Assembly (NCBI GenBank): GCA_038826135.1
Contig: JAWBON010000070.1
Span: forward strand, 1 to 6,195
From: Candidatus Odinarchaeota archaeon
GTDB taxonomy: Archaea; Asgardarchaeota; Odinarchaeia; Odinarchaeales; Odinarchaeaceae
DNA: 6,195 nucleotides
Reading direction: 5' to 3'
The stretch's first letter is position 1, and each line of letters starts with the position of its first letter. The notes below the pieces were generated by a model that saw only the letters and a list, made by a program, of their open reading frames with translations, was not told the origin of the DNA and did no database searches. Positions 1 to 6,153 of this stretch are shown piece by piece. Position numbers and translations under genes: made by a program.

Positions 1-386
1 ATTATATTTTTATTGGATAGCTCGCCTGTGGAGTAAATTCCCGGCAGGATCTCTGTTTTATTTTTTATCTCAATTATTTCAGTGGATTTTTCAACTTCTT
101 TTTTAAAGTTCGCTGAGAACGATTTTAACACATAAACTACTGGTTTTATATGCTGGAGTAGGTCTGGTAGGCCGCCTATGTGATCCCAGTGGAAGTGTGA
201 TAGGAAAACGTATTTTATTTTTTCAATGTTGATTTTAAATTTTTTAATGTTTTCAAGCAGGATCGGCCCGCTCCATCCAGTGTCGAATAAAAGATAGTTG
301 TCTTTCAAATCTATTAGACAGGAGAAACCGTGGGATGCTGTGAATCCGGGTGTGGAATAGTTATCGTAGACTATTTTTACTTCCAT
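1..386 (-). CDS. MBL-fold metallo-hydrolase, COG1237/MJ0301-like; partial, 3' end runs off the left edge
   Basis: Translated by hand from ATG at 386-384, open to the window edge: MEVKIVYDNYSTPGFTASHGFSCLIDLKDNYLLFDTGWSGPILLENIKKFKINIEKIKYVFLSHFHWDHIGGLPDLL...IYSTGEL. Contains HGFSCLI, LFDTG and the HxHxDH metal motif (SHFHWDH). Not in the ORF track because no stop lies in the window. Confidence 0.9.
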   Translation of the reverse strand, partial: MEVKIVYDNYSTPGFTASHGFSCLIDLKDNYLLFDTGWSGPILLENIKKFKINIEKIKYVFLSHFHWDHIGGLPDLLQHIKPVVYVLKSFSANFKKEVEKSTEIIEIKNKTEILPGIYSTGELSNKNI

Positions 387-411
387 AGCTATAGGTGTAG
401 ATGAAAGACGA

Positions 412-426
412 TTATATTATTTTTGT
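412..426 (-). promoter_or_regulatory. Putative BRE/TATA for a leaderless MBL-hydrolase transcript
   Basis: Minus strand reads CAAAAA-TAATATAA, ending about 26 nt upstream of ATG 386, and no SD-like motif precedes the ATG. The AT-rich context makes this weak. Confidence 0.35.
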
Positions 427-478
427 TTTTTAAAAAAGATTTATAAATTTTTAAAAATGAATAAATAGAATTTTATTT

Positions 479-1366
479 TCAGATTAATCCTTTCTCCATA
501 AGAACTTGGAATTCTTCGAAGCTGAGTTTTTCACCTGATTTTAATTTCTCCTGAGCGGTTTTAATCATTTGGTTGAGTTTCAGTTCTATAAGTTTCTCTC
601 TCTCCTTTTTATCTTTAAGTTTTAACTGGTGTATTTGGTCAATGATTTTTTTCATTTCCTTTCTGGCTTCTAAATATTGGGTATGAAATTCGTCAGCTTT
701 TTTCTTGGCTTCAACGAATTTATTATGGAATTCGTCAGCTTGCTTTCTAACATCGTCAACTTGCTTATATATACCAGTCATGGTAGTATGCTCACTCTGT
801 GAGGATTTAGCTGAGGAGACTACTCCATTTTTAATATTTCTCAGAAGAAGTTTATTAGCACCGATCTGTGTCTTGCACAGGATTATTTGATTCTTTAAAG
901 CCTCTGCTTTTTTCTTAGTCTCGATTAGTTTTTCAAGCTCGGATATTTCTTTAACAAGATCTTTCTCTCTTTCTAATGAGATAACAGAGGTCTGTAGCTT
1001 CCATTCGAGGTCTTTAACCCTGTTTACAAGGGTTTTTAACGGGGTTTTAGGCGGGTTGAGAGTATTCAATTCCTCTTTTAGCTTATCATACTCTTTTAAA
1101 AGCTGTTCGTTAGTTTTCTCTAATTCCTCTCTCTTAGCTTTTAAATCAGCTACGTTTGAATTAAGTTTATCTCTTAGAGACTTCTTCTCCTTAGCCTGTG
1201 CTAGTAGTGAGGCTATCACGGTGTTTTTAGCATCTCTCTCCTCAGCGTATTTTTTAGCAATTTCATTATACTCGTCTCTTTGCTTTCTAGCATCGTTAGC
1301 TTTCTCCTTCAACTCACCTAGTTGTCTGATTAGATCCTCCGTCAAATTATCAGCCTCTAAAATCAC
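479..1366 (-). CDS. Archaeal coiled-coil protein, COG1340-like (295 aa)
   Basis: K/E-rich heptads, repeated RDxxN and ADEFH motifs, central LEWKLQTSVISLEREKDLVKEISELE, C-terminal KLKSGEKLSFEEF, all typical of this family as I recall it. GTG start at 1366; an in-frame TTG at codon 8, behind GAGGCTGAT, is an alternative start. Confidence 0.8.
   Translation of the reverse strand: MILEADNLTEDLIRQLGELKEKANDARKQRDEYNEIAKKYAEERDAKNTVIASLLAQAKEKKSLRDKLNSNVADLKAKREELEKTNEQLLKEYDKLKEELNTLNPPKTPLKTLVNRVKDLEWKLQTSVISLEREKDLVKEISELEKLIETKKKAEALKNQIILCKTQIGANKLLLRNIKNGVVSSAKSSQSEHTTMTGIYKQVDDVRKQADEFHNKFVEAKKKADEFHTQYLEARKEMKKIIDQIHQLKLKDKKEREKLIELKLNQMIKTAQEKLKSGEKLSFEEFQVLMEKGLI
687..741. repeat. Intragenic 13-bp exact direct repeat with 42-bp period
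   Basis: AATTCGTCAGCTT at 687-699 and 729-741, encoding the two ADEF(H) motifs 14 residues apart. Confidence 0.85.
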
Positions 1367-1393
1367 GCCTCACAGTTCACCAATAGATTAGCA

Positions 1394-1412
1394 GTTATAT
1401 ATAGCTTTTACC
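1394..1412 (-). promoter_or_regulatory. Putative BRE + TATA box for the coiled-coil gene
   Basis: Minus strand GGTAAAAGC-TATATATA-AC: purine-rich element directly followed by TATATATA (1403-1396), about 30 nt upstream of GTG 1366. Confidence 0.6.
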
Positions 1413-1498
1413 TTTAATGCTGTAAAACGGCTTCTAGCAAGTGTTTAAAAATGGTTTAAATCAGTAAATAAATATTTCGAATAGCATTTAATGCAGGT

Positions 1499-2278
1499 TC
1501 AGAGATTTCTAATATTGAATAGTTTAACAGTGTTTTTGAAAGTTACTTCAGCAAGTTCTTTTACATCTGTAGATTTGAGTTTAGCGATCTCGTTTAGGGA
1601 AACCACCAGGTTTTCTAAAGTGTTTCTAACACCTTTTACCGGAGATAAAGCAGGTGAGTCTGTTTCAAGTAATATTTGCTCTAAAGGAAGTTTTTTAACA
1701 AGCTTTCTTTTCTGTAAACTATAAGCTACACTTGGGGGTATACTGAAGAAAAAGCCGTTTTCAACACCGAGTTTAGCAGATTTAAACGAGCCGTCGAACG
1801 CGTGGAGTAATACTTTCTCAGCTCGGCTCTCAACTAATACTTCCAGAGCATATTTACCAGCGCTTCTACTGTGAACTATTATTGGAAGCTTATGCTCATT
1901 TGCAAGGGATATAAAACTTTTAAAATATGAACGCTGTTTCTCCCTATCATACTGGTTTTCTACTTGATAGAAGTCTAAGCCAATCTCACCTATAGCGGTT
2001 AGCCGTTGAATATTATCCTCTATAAACTTATAATTCTCTTTAAAATACGTCGCATCTAGGCTAGACGGGTTTAAGCCGACTGAAAGATAGATTTTCACAT
2101 TAGTAGTAGGAGATTCTATTTCATGAAGGGTTTTTAAAGCTGTTTTTACATCTAAAGCGGATTCAACAATCCCTATAATCCCTTTCTCATAAGCTCTTTT
2201 TAGAATAATAAATCTGTCTCCGTCAAACTCCTCTGAGAAAATATGGCAGTGCGAGTCTATTAGCTTATAACTTGGCAT
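1499..2278 (-). CDS. tatD: TatD-family metal-dependent hydrolase/DNase (259 aa)
   Basis: Motifs DSHCH, AIGEIGLDFY, LPIIVHSR, VLLHAF, LLETDSP. ATG preceded by GGTGAAGCTGGTGTAA (SD-like). Confidence 0.93.
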   Translation of the reverse strand: MPSYKLIDSHCHIFSEEFDGDRFIILKRAYEKGIIGIVESALDVKTALKTLHEIESPTTNVKIYLSVGLNPSSLDATYFKENYKFIEDNIQRLTAIGEIGLDFYQVENQYDREKQRSYFKSFISLANEHKLPIIVHSRSAGKYALEVLVESRAEKVLLHAFDGSFKSAKLGVENGFFFSIPPSVAYSLQKRKLVKKLPLEQILLETDSPALSPVKGVRNTLENLVVSLNEIAKLKSTDVKELAEVTFKNTVKLFNIRNL

Positions 2279-2358
2279 TTACACCAGCTTCACCAGTTAA
2301 TAATCTAGATTTATTTATTTCTTGAACTAATATATTTTAAGTATGGAAACATTTATGG

Positions 2359-3627
2359 TTGGTGGAATATTTGGATAAGCCTACTACCACGCTTGACATT
2401 TATAAGAGGTTTATAAATTTAAAGTTCAAATCAGAAGCCGCTGACAGGCTTAGGAAGTATTTAAATAATATACGTGAGAAAACTATGCTGGAAAATTCTT
2501 CCAGTAACCGTTTTTTAAAAATATTTGAAGCATTTATTGTTTTCTTTTCAAAAACAGTTAGTTTAAAAAATAATCACAGCGCTATTGAAACAGAAGATTT
2601 AGATAAAGCCGCATATTTTATCGAGTTTTACTCAACTTCGAAGTTATGGGCGGAGTTAGCTACCGGTAAAACATTTAAAAACTTGAAAATTTCGGAGAGT
2701 GATTTCTTAACGGAAATTAAGAAAATATATAGTTTAGAGGTCTCCTTTAACGCTAAGAACGCTGTTGACAGGATTATGGAGCGTTTCACACTTCATGTAA
2801 ACCAGATGTTTAGTGAAAATGAAAATATTGTTAAAGAAAAATTCTTGCTATTAATAAGATACACTATTATAATGCTATCTTTCTTGATATCTATCTCGAG
2901 AGATGAAGGGAGATTAACCGTTGACACGGTTTTAAAAGGGTATGAATTATTTAGAAGTATATTGTTTAGGATTCCGAGTTTTGAATTCGATTCATTGTTT
3001 AATCTTAAAAATTTTATTAAAAAAGAGGTTATAATGCGGCTACTAGAGTACATGGAGGAGGCTGAGAGAAACAGAATCACTGGGGAAGTTACTGAAAAAT
3101 TAGTGAATAGTTTAGTGGTAAGAGACTTAACTGATGAAAAACCGATGTTTTATGCTGAGCTTAAATCCGCCATCTATGTTATTTTCCTTTTCATCCATTA
3201 TGCTAGAGGAGTGTTTCGATTTAATGATAAAGACTCTCTGGAACTGTTAAAAATTTATAATAATATTAAAAATGGAATAGTTGAAGAGGCGGATGTAACA
3301 GTAGATGATAGTTTTTATGAATGTCTTTCAAACATAGAATTATCTATAGATGCTAGGATTTTTTTAAACAGTATAACTAATATGATAATTAGTTTTGAAG
3401 CAGAGCTGAACATAGCTGATAGAATGAATTTAATCCCTGAACTTGCGCGTAAAATTTCACACACAATTTCATTATTATCTAAAATGTTTTCTCTCAGATA
3501 TAAAAAAACAGAATGCGATGTGGATGATTTGAAAAAAGGCTTGAATATAATTTCAAATGTTTTTTCAAAAGCTAAGCAAGGTTTACTTCTGGCCTCTAAG
3601 GATTATTCTAGCATCAACAACGGATAA
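2359..3627 (+). CDS. Hypothetical all-helical protein (422 aa) with four tandem AAA+-lid-like repeats
   Basis: Long open frame with no enzyme motif I recognise; internal ~100-aa periodicity found by manual alignment (see findings). Start uncertain: TTG 2359, GTG 2362 or TTG 2371. Confidence 0.75.
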   Translation: MVEYLDKPTTTLDIYKRFINLKFKSEAADRLRKYLNNIREKTMLENSSSNRFLKIFEAFIVFFSKTVSLKNNHSAIETEDLDKAAYFIEFYSTSKLWAELATGKTFKNLKISESDFLTEIKKIYSLEVSFNAKNAVDRIMERFTLHVNQMFSENENIVKEKFLLLIRYTIIMLSFLISISRDEGRLTVDTVLKGYELFRSILFRIPSFEFDSLFNLKNFIKKEVIMRLLEYMEEAERNRITGEVTEKLVNSLVVRDLTDEKPMFYAELKSAIYVIFLFIHYARGVFRFNDKDSLELLKIYNNIKNGIVEEADVTVDDSFYECLSNIELSIDARIFLNSITNMIISFEAELNIADRMNLIPELARKISHTISLLSKMFSLRYKKTECDVDDLKKGLNIISNVFSKAKQGLLLASKDYSSINNG

Positions 3628-4302
3628 ACCGTTTTCGTAAACAATAACAGGGTTAAGATCAAGCTCTAATATTTCAGGGTATTTTAATACGAGAGATGAT
3701 ATTTTAAGGAGTGTTTCTTTAATACTTTTTATATCAGCTTTACAACCACTCCTATATCCGTTTAAAATAGGATAAGCCTTTAATTCTTTCAACATTTCCT
3801 CAGCGTCAAGATCTGAAATCGGTATTAAGCGCATACTAAAATCTTTCAATAACTCTACGAATACACCACCTAACCCAACCATTATCGTATGACCGAACTG
3901 CTCATCGAAGGATACGCCTATTATAAGTTCAACTATTCCTCTAGGAGCCATTTTAGAAACCATAACACCGTCTATTCTAGCATGTTTAGCCTTCGCCGAT
4001 ACGTTACTTATAATTTTATTATACGCTTCAGCCACATCTTTCTTATCGGTTAAATTGAGCATAACACCCCCGTAGTCGGATTTATGAATTATGTCCGGTG
4101 ACGTAATTTTAAGCACAACCGGGTAACCTAACTTTTCAGCTGCTTCAAGCGCTTCTTTAACACTCCTAACTAGTTTATATTCTGGGATGGGGACGCTGAT
4201 TTCTCTAAGAATATTTTTACTCTCATACTCTGTTAACACATATCGACCTGATGAAATAGTTTTTGAAATAATCTCACTGATCAATTCATTAGTTGAAGGC
4301 AT
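3583..4302 (-). CDS. acdB: ADP-forming acetate/acyl-CoA synthetase beta subunit, ATP-grasp (239 aa)
   Basis: Motifs LTEYESK, GYPVVLKITSPDIIHKSDYGGV, ELIIG..DEQFGHTIMVGLGGVFVELLKD, ELDLNP, VVDARI. Length fits a stand-alone beta subunit. Confidence 0.9.
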   Translation of the reverse strand: MPSTNELISEIISKTISSGRYVLTEYESKNILREISVPIPEYKLVRSVKEALEAAEKLGYPVVLKITSPDIIHKSDYGGVMLNLTDKKDVAEAYNKIISNVSAKAKHARIDGVMVSKMAPRGIVELIIGVSFDEQFGHTIMVGLGGVFVELLKDFSMRLIPISDLDAEEMLKELKAYPILNGYRSGCKADIKSIKETLLKISSLVLKYPEILELDLNPVIVYENGLSVVDARIILRGQK

Positions 4303-4339
4303 GTTAATACACTCTTACTTTAGTTATCTATAAAATTTA

Positions 4340-5104
4340 TTATGTGATGTAACCGTCTTCGCCGCCGAAAAATATTCTTGAAATCTGCCCGTATATTTTT
4401 TCAATGCTTATAACGTCATTTATAGAGACGGGTTGAAGACCAGATATCAACCCTATATTCTCCAGATTATAGTAGAGTTGAATCGCCAGCTCCCTGTAAA
4501 TGCTACTATCCTCCTCACTTAAGGATTCTAGCAGGCTATACGGTTCTGACCCCCATTTCAATATTCTTTCAAGTTCACTCTCAGTGATTAAATCCACTTT
4601 TGTAAGCAAATTCACTTGAGGAGTGTTAAACCTGAACTGGGTTGATATACTTAATAGAAGTATTGAAACAAAATCGGATGGTTTCCGCGCCAGCGTCGGG
4701 TCTATTAAAAAAAACACCATACAATTCTTACGCCCTAGGGATTCGACTATAAAAGGACCTGAAGACCTATATGTGAAAAGTTCCATTTGACCAGGAGTGT
4801 CAACTAAAACAATCTCGTTACCTAACTCTAGTATTTCCTGCTGTATATCATTTATTTTAGCAGCCATAATATCAGCTGCAGCTATCAGTGCACCGTTAGG
4901 ACCCAGGTTATAGTCTAAAATAATCCTCTCTATATCCACATAGTTTCTCACATCAACGTCAGCGCCGTAAGGGAGTGTCACAACCCCAGGGTCGAGGTTA
5001 ACAGTTGTAGCATCTATTTTATGATCACTCAACCATTTAGATACAGAGTTAACAAGTGAAGATTTACCTGACCCCGCAGGCCCAATGAAAAAAGAATAAT
5101 ACAT
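4340..5104 (-). CDS. GPN-loop GTPase (254 aa)
   Basis: G1 GPAGSGKS, NLDPG, signature LGPNGA, G3 DTPGQMELF, G4 TKVD. SD-like GGGGTGG upstream of ATG 5104. Confidence 0.93.
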   Translation of the reverse strand: MYYSFFIGPAGSGKSSLVNSVSKWLSDHKIDATTVNLDPGVVTLPYGADVDVRNYVDIERIILDYNLGPNGALIAAADIMAAKINDIQQEILELGNEIVLVDTPGQMELFTYRSSGPFIVESLGRKNCMVFFLIDPTLARKPSDFVSILLLSISTQFRFNTPQVNLLTKVDLITESELERILKWGSEPYSLLESLSEEDSSIYRELAIQLYYNLENIGLISGLQPVSINDVISIEKIYGQISRIFFGGEDGYIT

Positions 5105-5229
5105 TTACGTAAACCACCCCATTAGATTAAACAAAGTTTAACAGAGAATATTGAAATTAATTAAATATAAAAAGCCACAGATTAAAATATGTTGGGGAAA
5201 GTTCATAAATAAAACTGTGAGGAGTTAAA
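5105..5229. promoter_or_regulatory. Divergent promoter region between the GPN GTPase gene and pyrD
   Basis: 125-bp AT-rich gap between head-to-head starts. TTAAATATAAAAAG at 5161-5174 is TATA-like on either strand; GTGAGGAG SD-like motif at 5217-5224 before pyrD. Confidence 0.45.
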
Positions 5230-6153
5230 ATGAGTTTGTTGAAAACGGCTTTAGGTTCAGTATCACTTATCAATCCTGTTATAATAGCTTCCGGTGTTTT
5301 AGGAACTACAGCTGAAGGTATTAGATTATTATATGAGAGAGGGGCTGGCGCTATCGTGACTAAGACGACTACTTTAAACCGTAGGGAGGGTAACGTTAAT
5401 CCGACTGTTGTGTCCACACCTTCAGGGATTCTTAACTGTATGGGGCTTCCGAACCCGGGGATAGATGAAATGTGCAGGGAGGTTGAGATAGTCTGCAGGG
5501 AGGGTGTGCCGGTTATAGGAAGCGTTGCCGGCTCTTCAATCAATGAATTCGTACAGGTGGCGGGTAGATTTGAGGAGGCGGGTGTGATTGCGGTTGAATT
5601 AAACGTCTCATGCCCTCATGAAGAAGTTGGTTTAATAGGTCAAGACTGTAAGTTAACATATCAAGTTGTTAAAGCGGTGAAAGATGCGGTTAACATACCT
5701 GTAATAGTGAAACTGACACCGAACGTGACAAGTATAGTGGATGTGGCGTTAGAGGCTGAGAAAGCTGGGGCGGATGCGCTAACAGCTATCAACACGGTGA
5801 AAGGGATGGTTATTGACGTAGACACAGGTTACCCCACTCTAAGTAATAGGGTTGGGGGATTATCAGGGCCTGCTATAAAACCTATTGCAGTACGGTGTGT
5901 TTACGAAATCTATAGCAGTGATGTTAAGATACCGATTATAGGGGTGGGGGGTATCGCTAACTGGAGAGATGCACTAGAATTCATAATGGCTGGGGCCTCC
6001 GCCATACAAATAGGAACAGCTCTTATACGAGGTTATCATATTATCGAAAACGTAAAGAAAGGTTTACTACAATATATGCGGAAAAATAATATTAAAACGA
6101 TTAGTGAAATCGTAGGCTTATCTCATAAGAGGGATAGGGTTGCATACACCTAA
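5230..6153 (+). CDS. pyrD: Dihydroorotate dehydrogenase, family 1B catalytic subunit (307 aa)
   Basis: Motifs IIASG, KTTT..RREGN..P, NCMGLPNPG, catalytic-Cys loop ELNVSCPH, VKLTPNV, AINT, GGLSGPAIKPIA, IPIIGVGGI, AGASAIQIGTA. Confidence 0.95.
   Translation: MSLLKTALGSVSLINPVIIASGVLGTTAEGIRLLYERGAGAIVTKTTTLNRREGNVNPTVVSTPSGILNCMGLPNPGIDEMCREVEIVCREGVPVIGSVAGSSINEFVQVAGRFEEAGVIAVELNVSCPHEEVGLIGQDCKLTYQVVKAVKDAVNIPVIVKLTPNVTSIVDVALEAEKAGADALTAINTVKGMVIDVDTGYPTLSNRVGGLSGPAIKPIAVRCVYEIYSSDVKIPIIGVGGIANWRDALEFIMAGASAIQIGTALIRGYHIIENVKKGLLQYMRKNNIKTISEIVGLSHKRDRVAYT

Noticed and set aside
705-890. 61-aa + strand ORF
   Set aside because: Antisense shadow inside the coiled-coil gene; no motif.
1056-1391. 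111-aa + strand ORF rich in S/F/L
   Set aside because: Composition is the reverse complement of K/E-rich codons of the coiled-coil gene.
1491-1724. 77-aa + strand ORF
   Set aside because: Antisense to the well-supported tatD; no independent signal.
2282-2296. CACCAG direct repeat upstream of tatD
   Set aside because: Explained as tandem SD-like CTGGTG motifs on the minus strand; too short to call an operator.
2650-2673. AELATGKT matches the [AG]x4GK[ST] P-loop pattern in the 422-aa protein
   Set aside because: No preceding hydrophobic beta strand, no Walker B, and it lies in the linker between helical repeats 1 and 2; probably a chance match. A predicted P-loop fold would overturn this.
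2839-2898. Hydrophobic stretch FLLLIRYTIIMLSFLISIS (and AIYVIFLFIHY later) as transmembrane helices
   Set aside because: They fall at the same position of the repeat as clearly soluble segments in repeats 1 and 4 and contain or abut charged residues; better explained as buried core helices. Not fully excluded.
2793-3080. 95-aa - strand ORF
   Set aside because: Antisense within the 422-aa gene; low-information I/L/S/N sequence.
5157-5543. 128-aa - strand ORF
   Set aside because: Mostly antisense to the highly conserved pyrD; no recognisable domain.
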